A stretch of 57,274 nucleotides of DNA from an uncultured Clostridia bacterium. Lineage in GTDB: Bacteria > Bacillota > Clostridia > Christensenellales > UBA1242. Positions 1 through 9,595 of this stretch are shown one piece after another (position 1 is the first letter of the stretch; the number at the start of each line of letters is the position of its first letter). The position numbers and the translations under genes were made by a program. The stretch spans positions 1 through 57,274 of the forward strand of contig CANQIX010000003.1 of the NCBI GenBank assembly GCA_947624105.1. The letters run 5' to 3'. The notes under the pieces are model-generated. The model saw only the letters and a list, made by a program, of their open reading frames with translations. It was not told the DNA's origin and did not search any database.

Positions 1-179
1 GTGCGATTTACATCATTGCATATATGACGACAATCGAAAATTACAGTGCACCATATCTAGCCCCCTTTGCGCCATTTATTTTGAAAGACAACAAAGATGG
101 AATATACAAAGCAAACATACTAAAAATGAAAGATCGGCCGTATTCCTTTAATCAAGAGAACAAAAGGAGGCAAAAATGA
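1..179 (+). CDS. Spore germination receptor subunit A (GerA family), 3' end only
   Basis: Frame 3 reads ...YMTTIENYSAPYLAPFAPFILKDNKDGIYK...RPYSFNQENKRRQK*, matching the GerA C-terminal PYLxPFAP motif; the TGA overlaps the ATG of the next gene. Confidence 0.8.
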   Translation, partial: AIYIIAYMTTIENYSAPYLAPFAPFILKDNKDGIYKANILKMKDRPYSFNQENKRRQK

Positions 180-1252
180 ACGAAAAATCGGTAAATATTT
201 GGCAAATTGGGATAATTTTGTTCATTGTTTTGCTTGCCAATAAAATTCTTCTGCTGCCATCACTCGTCTTTAAAGATGCAAATTTTGAAGGCCTAATCAC
301 AATAACAATTTTGTTTTTAATCGAAATAGGAATAATAACTTTGTTTATCTTTTTAAAAAGAAAATATAAAACACTGAGTTTTGCACAAATTTTGCGTGAA
401 AAATTTGGAAATTGGCTAAAAATAATCATATTTTTGCTGCTTGCGATATTTTTTGTCTGCAAAATATTGCTGTTGTATAACGTTACATATGCTTTTTTCA
501 ACGAACTTATCTACAAAGAGAGCAGTCCGCTTTTGTATCTTGTTTGCTTTGTTCCAATAATGACATATTTTGTGTTTTGTCCTCTTAGAACGATGGGAAG
601 AACACTGCAAATATTTTTTCCGGTTATCTTGGTGCTGACAATCTTTTGCACCTTTCTCCCATTTGTGGGACTTAATTCAACGCCGCTACTCTTTCAATCG
701 AGCGCAAGTGGAGTGTTTTTTTCAATCTTAAAGCACTCTGCTGCGTTTGGCGACAGCATAATTTTGCTTTTGTTTATCGATAAAATAGAGTATAAAGAAG
801 GAGATGGCAAAAAGATATATTTTATGGCGCTATTAGCAATCCTCTTTGTCTTTCTAATATTTTTATCATTTTATTTTTCTTACACATATACTGCATCGTT
901 TCATAGTTATGCGATTTTTGAAATACTTGGCAACATAAAAAGTTTTGGCGGAATCGGGAGAGTAGATGTTATTTCGCTTATTTTAGTGATGTTTTTGACA
1001 TATTTTCAGTTTGGAATTTTTTTCAAGGCATACACAAATTGTTTTTGTGAGGTTTTTACAAGAATAAATGCCAAATTTGCAGTGATTTTGTTTGACGTAT
1101 TGTTTGTTGTGCTAATAAATTTCGTCGTTCTAAACCTCGAAAAAGCGGTGATGTTTGCCGAAAACTTCTTTCCATACATTTCGATGCCAACGATAATTAT
1201 TGTTTTGCTTTTTGTCGCCATTTCACTGCTTAGGAGGCGAAAAAATGAATAA
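176..1252 (+). CDS. Spore germination receptor subunit B (GerAB/APC-fold membrane protein)
   Basis: 358 aa, about 10 hydrophobic segments, GRVD motif (cf. ERxD), between A and C subunits, AGGAGG RBS. Confidence 0.8.
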   Translation: MNEKSVNIWQIGIILFIVLLANKILLLPSLVFKDANFEGLITITILFLIEIGIITLFIFLKRKYKTLSFAQILREKFGNWLKIIIFLLLAIFFVCKILLLYNVTYAFFNELIYKESSPLLYLVCFVPIMTYFVFCPLRTMGRTLQIFFPVILVLTIFCTFLPFVGLNSTPLLFQSSASGVFFSILKHSAAFGDSIILLLFIDKIEYKEGDGKKIYFMALLAILFVFLIFLSFYFSYTYTASFHSYAIFEILGNIKSFGGIGRVDVISLILVMFLTYFQFGIFFKAYTNCFCEVFTRINAKFAVILFDVLFVVLINFVVLNLEKAVMFAENFFPYISMPTIIIVLLFVAISLLRRRKNE

Positions 1253-2477
1253 AGAACAGATAAAAAGGAGCATAAAAAAATTTTTTAAAGTTCCTATGCT
1301 TTGGGTGTTGCTTGTTATTGCGATTTGCTTTGGGAGTGTTTCGTTTGCAAAAAGTGCAGAGATAAACACCTATGCAATTGTTACCGCGCTTGGAATAGAC
1401 CAGGCTGACGATATGATAGAACTTTCGCTTTTAACCTTTGTGCCGATTGTGGAGCAGAACTTTAAGGACTCTTATAAGATAATCACTGCAAAAGGCAAGA
1501 CGATCAACGAGGCGCTAAATTATGCAAGCGTGCACGTGGGCAGAAGAATTGGGCTGTCGCATATAAAAACTTTGGTTGTAAATGTCGACATCTTTAAAAG
1601 CGGTGCTGCAAAAACGCTTGACTTTTTGGCGCGCAGCAAGGAACTTTCCCTTTCGACCTCTCTTATCTGCACCGATAAAAAGGCGCTTGATTTTTTAGAG
1701 GTGGTGCAACAACTTGACAATTCTGGCGCGCTAAAGATTGAAAATGTGGTCAATTTTAACAAAAAATACGTGGCAGCAGACGAAAGCACGATAGAAAGTT
1801 TTTTCAAAGGAGTAAACTCCAAAAGTAAGGCGTCAATCGTTTCGTTTATGACGCTAGACGAAAACGAGGGGCTTGACATCAGCGGACAAAGTGGCGGCGG
1901 AGACTCGTCGTCATCGCAGTCTTCTTCCAATTCGCCTGGCAAGATGATTAAAAATTCGGGCGACTGCATTTTGTGTAAGGACGGGAAGTTAGTTAAATAT
2001 GTAGCAAGCGAGGATGTCGAAAAAATAAACTACCTCAGGGGCGGATTTGAACAAGGGCAACTTGTGCTTGAAAATTGCGTAAGCGATATGTTTAAAGACA
2101 CAACTTTAACTTTTAAAATCTACAACAATTCGATTATGAAGGAGGCGAGATTTGTAAATGGCATACCACTAATTTATCTTGACGTAAAACTCAATGTTAA
2201 ACTTGTGGAGGTAAATTCCAACAAAGCAAATTACGACATCGAATTTGACGATTTGCCGGTGGAGATTATCAAGGATATTCGCTGTAAAGTCAAGGAGATG
2301 ATAACCGACGGACTTGCCATTCTGCGTGAAACGAAGTGCGATATAATTGGAGTATACGAATTTTTAAATAACAACAATTACGGCGAGTTTAAGCGCTTTT
2401 TAAATAAACTAGACGACAAAGACGACTATCTTTCAAAGGTTTTGTTTAAGGTGTCGCCAAATATTTACGCAAAATAA
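1245..2477 (+). CDS. Spore germination receptor subunit C (Ger(x)C family)
   Basis: EINTYAIVTALGID, AKGKTINEAL, LSHIK and CDIIG motifs typical of GerxC; start moved to ATG 1245 behind AGGAGG. Confidence 0.8.
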   Translation: MNKEQIKRSIKKFFKVPMLWVLLVIAICFGSVSFAKSAEINTYAIVTALGIDQADDMIELSLLTFVPIVEQNFKDSYKIITAKGKTINEALNYASVHVGRRIGLSHIKTLVVNVDIFKSGAAKTLDFLARSKELSLSTSLICTDKKALDFLEVVQQLDNSGALKIENVVNFNKKYVAADESTIESFFKGVNSKSKASIVSFMTLDENEGLDISGQSGGGDSSSSQSSSNSPGKMIKNSGDCILCKDGKLVKYVASEDVEKINYLRGGFEQGQLVLENCVSDMFKDTTLTFKIYNNSIMKEARFVNGIPLIYLDVKLNVKLVEVNSNKANYDIEFDDLPVEIIKDIRCKVKEMITDGLAILRETKCDIIGVYEFLNNNNYGEFKRFLNKLDDKDDYLSKVLFKVSPNIYAK

Positions 2478-2480
2478 AAC

Positions 2481-2516
2481 AAACTGCATAAATTTATATG
2501 CAGTTTTATCTTTTTT
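2481..2516 (+). terminator. Intrinsic terminator after ger operon
   Basis: aaactgcata/tatgcagttt inverted repeat followed by a T-rich run. Confidence 0.6.
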
Positions 2517-2547
2517 ATGGTATGATTATATACGAAGGAGAGCGAAT

Positions 2548-3309
2548 ATGGAACACATTGCTATTTTAAGGCAACCATTTTACGATATGATTCTTAGCGG
2601 AGAAAAGACGATTGAAAGCCGATTTTCGATGAACAAGTGTGCACCATACAAAAGAGTGAGCGTAGGCGATGTTGTGTGGTTTAAAGAAACTGGTAAGCCA
2701 GTAACAGTTAGAGCGATTGTTAAGGACGTAAAATACTTTGAAACAACGCCAGAGATTATCGAAGAGATAAGAAAAACATATGGCAAAGAGATAGGAACTG
2801 ACCGATTTGAAGATTGGCAGGAAACTTGCAAGAAAAATTTTTGCACACTAGTGTGGATTAAAGACGTGAAAAGAGTGCTTCCAATAAACGTTCCAAGAAG
2901 CAATGGCGCAGGGTGGATTATCCTAAATGGCAGTTTAGGAAGTATAGAAGAAACAGGCGCAGAGATTGAAAGATGGAAGTTTGGAACGGACAATGCAAAA
3001 CTTATCGACCTTGTGCTGCGTGGTAAGAAGACGGCAACAACATATCTAACTGCTGACGAAAACGATGTGGTAGGCAAGCAGTCAATCATTGTTGATGACA
3101 ATGGCAAAGATGCGTGCCTTGTTGAAACGACTGCAATACACAAGATGAAGTTTTGCGATATGACGTGGGAACTAGCAAAGTTAGAGGGCGAAAACAAAAC
3201 ACTAAAAGAGTGGAAAGAAATTCACGAAAAATATTTCAAAAAAATAAATAAAAATTTTAATGAAAATACAAAAATTATTTTTGAAATATTTAAATTAGTA
3301 AAAAAATAA
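2548..3309 (+). CDS. Protein with two tandem ASCH domains
   Basis: Two GxKx(4) ASCH signatures: ILSGEKTIESR near the N-terminus, and VLRGKKTATT with LAKLEGE...WKEIHEKYF in the C-terminal half. Confidence 0.8.
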   Translation: MEHIAILRQPFYDMILSGEKTIESRFSMNKCAPYKRVSVGDVVWFKETGKPVTVRAIVKDVKYFETTPEIIEEIRKTYGKEIGTDRFEDWQETCKKNFCTLVWIKDVKRVLPINVPRSNGAGWIILNGSLGSIEETGAEIERWKFGTDNAKLIDLVLRGKKTATTYLTADENDVVGKQSIIVDDNGKDACLVETTAIHKMKFCDMTWELAKLEGENKTLKEWKEIHEKYFKKINKNFNENTKIIFEIFKLVKK

Positions 3310-3433
3310 TAAAAAATAGGAAAATACCATAATATAAGGCGAATAAATTGTTGAATAAATAATTATTTTTGAATTTTATTGTAATTTTTATCGAAAAAAT
3401 AAATTATTAAAAATAAAAAAATAGGAGGATAAA

Positions 3434-3925
3434 ATGAAAGAAAAACTTGACATATATGACGAAAACAAAAATAGAACAGGAAAGGTTGTTTTTAGAGGAA
3501 CGGCACTGCCAGAAGGGGAGAAGATACTTTTGACGGTTGTTTGGCTTAAGAATGGCGATAAATACCTTGTTCAAAAGACCAGCGAGGCGAAGGGCGGAGA
3601 ATATGCCATCACAGGTGGGCATGTTCCAAGCGGAAAGACAAGCAAGGAGCAGGCGCTTGTTGAAGTGAAAGAGGAACTAGGATTAGACCTTCAAGAGAGT
3701 AAACTTCAATACCTTGGCGATGTTTCAAAGCCTAATGCGATTTTTGACGTCTATCAATATGAACTTACCGGCAAACTGCCAAAGATAGTTTTGCAGGAGA
3801 GTGAAGTGGAAGATGCATTATGGCTTACAAAAGGCGAGATTGAGGGCTTGATTGCAAAGGGCGTTTTTCGAAAGTCATCTGCTATGCACTATGAAAAATT
3901 TATAAAGGATCAAAAGGAACTTTAA
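3434..3925 (+). CDS. NUDIX hydrolase
   Basis: Nudix box GGHVPSGKTSKEQALVEVKEELGL; N-terminal EKLDIYDENKNRTG of the IDI-like Nudix group. Confidence 0.88.
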   Translation: MKEKLDIYDENKNRTGKVVFRGTALPEGEKILLTVVWLKNGDKYLVQKTSEAKGGEYAITGGHVPSGKTSKEQALVEVKEELGLDLQESKLQYLGDVSKPNAIFDVYQYELTGKLPKIVLQESEVEDALWLTKGEIEGLIAKGVFRKSSAMHYEKFIKDQKEL

Positions 3926-3961
3926 ACAAGGCATTTTGCATTGCGCCATATTGTCAAAAAT

Positions 3962-3990
3962 TTGACAAAATGATTATTATTTAGTATGAT
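3962..3990 (+). promoter_or_regulatory. Sigma-A promoter
   Basis: TTGACA-17 bp-TATGAT upstream of the ABC transporter. Confidence 0.7.
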
Positions 3991-4046
3991 ATATGATGCA
4001 AGAAAAGGGAGCAAATTTGCTTCCTTTAAAAATAGGAGTTGCAGTT

Positions 4047-6761
4047 ATGATTCAGTTGGATAAGATTACGAAGATATACAAAGTTGCAGAGTCAGAAGTA
4101 GATGCGCTGCAGCAAGTTTCTATATCCTTTAGAGAGGCGGAGTTTGTTTCTATTTTAGGGCCATCTGGCTGCGGAAAGACAACTCTTCTTAATATCATTG
4201 GCGGACTTGACCACTATACAGAGGGCGATATGTTTATCGACGGCGTTTCCACGAAAGAATATAAGGATCGCGACTGGGATACATACCGAAATCACAGAGT
4301 TGGATTTGTTTTTCAAAGTTACAATCTTATTCCTCACCAAACGATACTTGAAAACGTCGAACTTGCACTAAACATCGCCGGAGTTAAAAAGGACGAACGA
4401 GTTGCAAGAGCGAAAAAGGCGTTAGATAAGGTTGGACTTGGAGGATTATATAACAAAAAGCCAAATCAACTTTCCGGTGGACAATGTCAAAGAGTGGCAA
4501 TCGCGAGAGCACTCGTAAATGAACCAGAAATTTTGCTTGCCGATGAACCTACCGGAGCGCTTGACACAGAAACATCTGTGCAGATTATGGATATTATCAA
4601 GGAAATTTCAAAAGACACCCTTGTTATTATGGTTACGCACAATCCAGACCTTGCAGAAAAATATTCGACAAGAATTATAAGACTTCTTGACGGCAAAGTT
4701 ATCTCCGATTCAAAGGAGTTTAATCCAAAGATAGAAAAGGTTGAAAAGGTGGAACACACCACAAAATCTAGAAAATCTAAACTTGGCTTTTGGTCCGCGT
4801 TTAGGTTGTCTGCGCGCAACCTGTGGTCGAAGATTAAAAGAACCCTTATGGTTTGCGTTGCAGGTTCGATAGGCGTCATCGGTGTTGCATCAGTTTTGGC
4901 TGTTTCAACCGGTATTCAATCGTATATCAACAATATGCAAAACGATATGTTGTCCGGAAACCCAATAACAATTTCGGAAACGGTGCTTAATATGTCGGGC
5001 ATTCTAAGCAGTATGGACAGAAATTCGCAGAACGAGGCGATTAAACAATCGGTTGAAGACGGCTATGTCAATGTTGACAAGGTTATGGATTACATCATCG
5101 ATATGGCGGGCAGAGTTGACAACCTTATGGTTCAAAACGAGATTGACGAAAATTATGTAAATTACGTTCTTCAAATGCCAAAAGAATATTACGCGGCTTT
5201 CAATTTGGATTATGGCATAAACGTTTTAAATAACATCTACACGCAAAGCCCATTCACAGGGCAAGAGGAGATGCAAATTTCGTTGCAGACAATTAGGCAG
5301 GTGTATACGCAGATACTTGCAGAAACAAATTTAAGCGAATATGCAAGTTTGATAACTACACTTGACAATCCATTTAAAAAATTGCCATCAAGCAAAGAAT
5401 TTGTGCTTTCGCAGTATGACATCATTGCTCCAAACGGCAACCTTGAATATCCAAAGAACAAAAATGAGATTGCGCTTGTTGTAAATGACGATACTGCACT
5501 TTCCGACCTTACACTCGCTCAACTTGGATATTACTCTCAGGATCAGTTTATCAATTTAATTTACAAGGCGCTGGAAGATGAGAGATATAACGAAGAGATT
5601 GACAATGTAACTCGCTTTAGTTATGAAGATTTGCTTGGCAGAACATTTGTTTGGTATCCAAATGACACTGTGTATAACGCAGGAAGCGGTTTAATTCCAT
5701 TCACTTACAATCCAACAGTTACGGAAGGCTTTGAAAATGGTGTAGAGTTTACAATCAGTTGTATTTTAAGACCAAAAGCAGGGCTTTCTTACGGAAGTTT
5801 AAGCACAGGGCTTTATTACACAGAAGAATTGACCAATTATATATTAGACACCGAATATAATTCTAGAATTGTTAAACTTTTAAGAGAAAACGAAAAAGAT
5901 TATTTCACAAACATTCCATCATCAATGGGGGCTGACCAAAATAGTAGTTATGCACCTCTTGAGTTTTCATTTAACTTTATATTTGATAGCGGAGATGGAG
6001 AAGGCCCAACCGAAAGAACTATGACGGGACATATTGGAAGCCAATCTGCTTTGTCAGGGATACTTAGCAGTATGCCAGGCTTTGGTGGAGGTAGTAGTGG
6101 CGGCGGAAGTTCGATGTATAATGGGATATACCAACTTTCACTTCGCGAACTTGGCGGAGAAAAATTGCCACAATCAATCAGCATTTATCCAGTTGACTTT
6201 GAGATAAAAGACCAACTTACAAGTTATCTTCAAAAGTGGAACGAAGATGGCGACATTGTGATTTTGGATAGCAACGGACAGCAAAAGACTTTAAAGAAAG
6301 AAGATAGACAAGAGATTCAATATTCCGACAATTTGGGGCTTGTTATCAGTATGATCAACGACTTGTTGTCGATCATAACAACCGCACTTGTTGCATTTAC
6401 TTCCCTTTCACTTGTTGTGTCGACGGTTATGATTGCAATTATCACCTACGTTTCAGTTATCGAAAGAATCAAAGAGATTGGCGTTATTAGATCTTTGGGT
6501 GGCAGAAAGAAAGACGTTTCAAGATTGTTCATAGCAGAAAGCATCATTATCGGCGGAACGAGTGGAATTATCGGGCTTGTTATCACATTTATAATAACAC
6601 TTATAATCAACGGACTTGCGGATCTCACAATCGCAACGCTGACATTCCCAATTTCGGCAATAATGTTCTTAATCAGCGTGCTACTTACTTTGATTTCTGG
6701 ATTGATTCCAGCACGTGCAGCAAGCAAAAAAGATCCAGTTGTTGCACTAAGAACAGAATAA
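4047..6761 (+). CDS. ABC transporter, fused ATPase and FtsX/MacB-type permease
   Basis: Walker A GPSGCGKTT, LSGGQ signature, ILLADEPTG, C-terminal ERIKEIGVIRSLG...KKDPVVALR; start at ATG 4047 behind AGGAG. Confidence 0.92.
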   Translation: MIQLDKITKIYKVAESEVDALQQVSISFREAEFVSILGPSGCGKTTLLNIIGGLDHYTEGDMFIDGVSTKEYKDRDWDTYRNHRVGFVFQSYNLIPHQTILENVELALNIAGVKKDERVARAKKALDKVGLGGLYNKKPNQLSGGQCQRVAIARALVNEPEILLADEPTGALDTETSVQIMDIIKEISKDTLVIMVTHNPDLAEKYSTRIIRLLDGKVISDSKEFNPKIEKVEKVEHTTKSRKSKLGFWSAFRLSARNLWSKIKRTLMVCVAGSIGVIGVASVLAVSTGIQSYINNMQNDMLSGNPITISETVLNMSGILSSMDRNSQNEAIKQSVEDGYVNVDKVMDYIIDMAGRVDNLMVQNEIDENYVNYVLQMPKEYYAAFNLDYGINVLNNIYTQSPFTGQEEMQISLQTIRQVYTQILAETNLSEYASLITTLDNPFKKLPSSKEFVLSQYDIIAPNGNLEYPKNKNEIALVVNDDTALSDLTLAQLGYYSQDQFINLIYKALEDERYNEEIDNVTRFSYEDLLGRTFVWYPNDTVYNAGSGLIPFTYNPTVTEGFENGVEFTISCILRPKAGLSYGSLSTGLYYTEELTNYILDTEYNSRIVKLLRENEKDYFTNIPSSMGADQNSSYAPLEFSFNFIFDSGDGEGPTERTMTGHIGSQSALSGILSSMPGFGGGSSGGGSSMYNGIYQLSLRELGGEKLPQSISIYPVDFEIKDQLTSYLQKWNEDGDIVILDSNGQQKTLKKEDRQEIQYSDNLGLVISMINDLLSIITTALVAFTSLSLVVSTVMIAIITYVSVIERIKEIGVIRSLGGRKKDVSRLFIAESIIIGGTSGIIGLVITFIITLIINGLADLTIATLTFPISAIMFLISVLLTLISGLIPARAASKKDPVVALRTE

Positions 6762-6767
6762 AACATC

Positions 6768-6795
6768 AAAAAAGACCGATTATTCGGCCTTTTTT
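6768..6795 (+). terminator. Intrinsic terminator
   Basis: aaaaaagaccga-ttat-tcggccttttt imperfect hairpin plus T tract. Confidence 0.6.
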
Positions 6796-6892
6796 CGTAG
6801 TAGCAGTTGGCGACTTACAGAATTTAGGAAACAGAGAAAAATGTTTTGAAAATGTTTCTGTTTTATGATACAATAAAAAAGAGGAGAAAAAT

Positions 6893-8344
6893 ATGAAAAA
6901 GAAAATTATTTCGGCAATTTTTATGTTGTGCGCAATAGTTTGCCTGGGATTTGGACTGACAGCGTGCAACGGTAGTGAAGAATCAGACCCAATCAAATAT
7001 GCACAATCCGTTTTGTCTAATTATGGCGAAAACTATGACTACGTTTACACGTATGATGAGCAAAATTTGCAAGAAGCACAAGGATATACCGGCGGGTGGC
7101 ACACTTATTATTGCTATGTTTCAACAACTGCAAACAAAATAACTATTACAAAATTAACAGATGTTGAGTCGGACGATTCAAAGAATGCAAGAACCATTAT
7201 TGGCTATTTTGAACTTGTTTCAGATGGCGAAAATGTAAATGTTTCATACTATGATGTTCACAATTTAACTTACACAACCGACGTTTTGACACAGAGTGAG
7301 TATGAAGAGGAATATCCATTTCTTATCGAAAATATAGTCAATGCCTTTGTAAACTTTGACGTTGACAACCCTATTCCTGGCTCGCAAGAACAATATTATA
7401 AGAATGAAGAGTTAAGAACTTATCAAAAGAAAGTCGACGACAGTTTTATTACCCTCGAAAACACTTGCTCTTATTATGTTGGCGGGATTCCATCGGGAGA
7501 TGAGCGCGGCAAAGAAACCGACGATGGGATACAAACAGATCTTTGTGGCGTTGAAATAAGAATCGAAAGAAAGACTGGGCATATTGTAAGTGTTATAAAT
7601 CAAAACATAAACGGGCGAGAGGTTGAATACTCTTACAATAAAGGCAAAAAGAGTGTTGACACAAAATATTTTGGAGCAACCAAGTTGGAAGCACTTGGCA
7701 AGATTTTAAGCGATATGACACAAGAGCAACCTAATGGAAATTACAAGATGGACGGCTCAATCGTGCTTGGAAGTGGAGCACCACAAAATGTTACCATCGT
7801 TTATGATGCAGAAAAGGATATGACAAAGACCATAAGCGAAAGCGGTGTTGTATATCAAAAATTTGAATTTAACGAAGATGCAACTGAAACCGAAACATTT
7901 TTAACTTTGAAAAACTACACAGAAAACAATCACAGTGTAGATGTAAGAACATATACAAGAGAAGAATATCTCACAACCACTGACAGCAATTTAGCGTTAA
8001 GCGAGGCATTTAAGGGCATTAAAGTTGTTCTGCAAGACTACGACGAGGCTGGAGTTGAAATAGTGCACGACGAAGATGAGCACACAACACTTATAACTCT
8101 TACAAGTGGCGACAACACAATTACAATCAACTTCAAAAACGCAAACGACTACACCATAAAGAGCGAAACAGAAAACTTGTCTTACACATTCGACTACAAA
8201 AACCACAAATTTTCTTCGGCAGAGTTAATCATCGATGCAACATCGATGGGCGGTGTAAGGGAAATAGTTACCTTAACATACACCTACGAAAATGTTAGCG
8301 GATTTGATTTTGACGAAAGTTTGTATACAGGAAACGCAGGTTAA
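6893..8344 (+). CDS. Hypothetical lipoprotein
   Basis: 483 aa, signal peptide with lipobox LTAC, GAGGAG RBS; Y/T/E/N-rich extracellular-type sequence. Confidence 0.75.
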   Translation: MKKKIISAIFMLCAIVCLGFGLTACNGSEESDPIKYAQSVLSNYGENYDYVYTYDEQNLQEAQGYTGGWHTYYCYVSTTANKITITKLTDVESDDSKNARTIIGYFELVSDGENVNVSYYDVHNLTYTTDVLTQSEYEEEYPFLIENIVNAFVNFDVDNPIPGSQEQYYKNEELRTYQKKVDDSFITLENTCSYYVGGIPSGDERGKETDDGIQTDLCGVEIRIERKTGHIVSVINQNINGREVEYSYNKGKKSVDTKYFGATKLEALGKILSDMTQEQPNGNYKMDGSIVLGSGAPQNVTIVYDAEKDMTKTISESGVVYQKFEFNEDATETETFLTLKNYTENNHSVDVRTYTREEYLTTTDSNLALSEAFKGIKVVLQDYDEAGVEIVHDEDEHTTLITLTSGDNTITINFKNANDYTIKSETENLSYTFDYKNHKFSSAELIIDATSMGGVREIVTLTYTYENVSGFDFDESLYTGNAG

Positions 8345-8351
8345 TAAAAAC

Positions 8352-8383
8352 AAAAAAGGATTGATTAAAGTCAGTCCTTTTTT
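8352..8383 (+). terminator. Intrinsic terminator
   Basis: aaaaaaggattga/tcagtcctttttt hairpin. Confidence 0.65.
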
Positions 8384-8461
8384 ATTTTCAAAACATTGTC
8401 CGTTTTAAGATTGTTTGACAAAATTTTTTGTTCCGTGCTACACTTAAAATGAAGAGGGAAA

Positions 8462-9436
8462 ATGAAAAGAAAGTTTTTGATACAACCAATAATGTTTATT
8501 TTGGCAATTTTTATGGTTGTTCCACTTGTTTTTGCAGGTTGCGGAACTACCAAGGACTATATTTTTAGCCTTAAATATGTCGAAAACTTCAAAATTATGC
8601 AGTTGGCAGATGTTCAGGCGTCTTCTGTTGAAAAATGCGAAGAGGCGTTTGTTGATATCAAAAAAATGGTAGAAAAAGAAAAGCCAAACTTAATAGTTTT
8701 GTCTGGCGATAATATCGATGTTCCGGAGAATGAAGATGTTTTTAACTGCCTTGTTGAAAGTATGGAGAGTTTAAACACTCCGTGGGCGCCGGTTTTTGGC
8801 AATCACGATGCCGAAGGCGTGCTTACAAAAGAGTTTATGGCAGAACGCTTTAAACAGGCAAAAAATTGCTACTTTGCAAGTGGCGAGGAAGGTGTTGACG
8901 GAGTTGGGAATTATGTAATCAACATAATGGACAAAAAAGAAGTTGTTTGCAGCGTCTTTCTTATTGACAGCAATATGTATTACGACGAAGAAAAAACAGA
9001 ATATGACTCGATACACCCAAATCAAATTGAATGGTATGAAGAGACGGTTAATTTTATAAAAGAAAGCAACCACAACAAAACTCCAAAATCGTTGGCGTTT
9101 TTCCACATTCCACTCCACGAATATCGCGATGCAAAGGAATCCTTTGAAAGAGGGGAGAGCGAAGGGCGTGCAGAATTTAATGAGGGAATATACAGCGGTT
9201 ATGAAAACACCGGATTTTTTGAAAAAGTTAAGGAACTGCAAAGCACCAAGGCGATTTTCTGTGGGCACGACCACGCAAACACTTGCGACATAAACTATCA
9301 AGGCGTGCATCTTGTGTATGGCTTAAAGTCATCAAGAGATTCCTATTACAACGAATCTTTGCTTGGAACGACAATAGTAACGCTTTCAAAAACCGAGATA
9401 AAGATTGAAAATAAGTTTTTTAGAGATTTGGATTAA
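8462..9436 (+). CDS. Metallophosphoesterase lipoprotein (Dcr2/PAP-like calcineurin fold)
   Basis: Lipobox FAGC; motifs ADVQ, SGD, FGNHD, FFHIP, CGHDH. Confidence 0.88.
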   Translation: MKRKFLIQPIMFILAIFMVVPLVFAGCGTTKDYIFSLKYVENFKIMQLADVQASSVEKCEEAFVDIKKMVEKEKPNLIVLSGDNIDVPENEDVFNCLVESMESLNTPWAPVFGNHDAEGVLTKEFMAERFKQAKNCYFASGEEGVDGVGNYVINIMDKKEVVCSVFLIDSNMYYDEEKTEYDSIHPNQIEWYEETVNFIKESNHNKTPKSLAFFHIPLHEYRDAKESFERGESEGRAEFNEGIYSGYENTGFFEKVKELQSTKAIFCGHDHANTCDINYQGVHLVYGLKSSRDSYYNESLLGTTIVTLSKTEIKIENKFFRDLD

Positions 9437-9595
9437 AAAATTATGAAATTCATACCAAAGGTGTAAATTAAACGACCTAGTTAAAAATTAAAAGCCACAT
9501 ACTATTGTGGTTTTATTTTTATTGGACAGCCCTTGAAACATAAAAAATTCCAATAAGTTGTGAGGGGGAAACGGACTTATCTGGAAACTAATAGA

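Noticed and set aside
3230-3430. Replication origin in the extremely AT-rich stretch
   Set aside because: No DnaA-box cluster or origin-linked genes.
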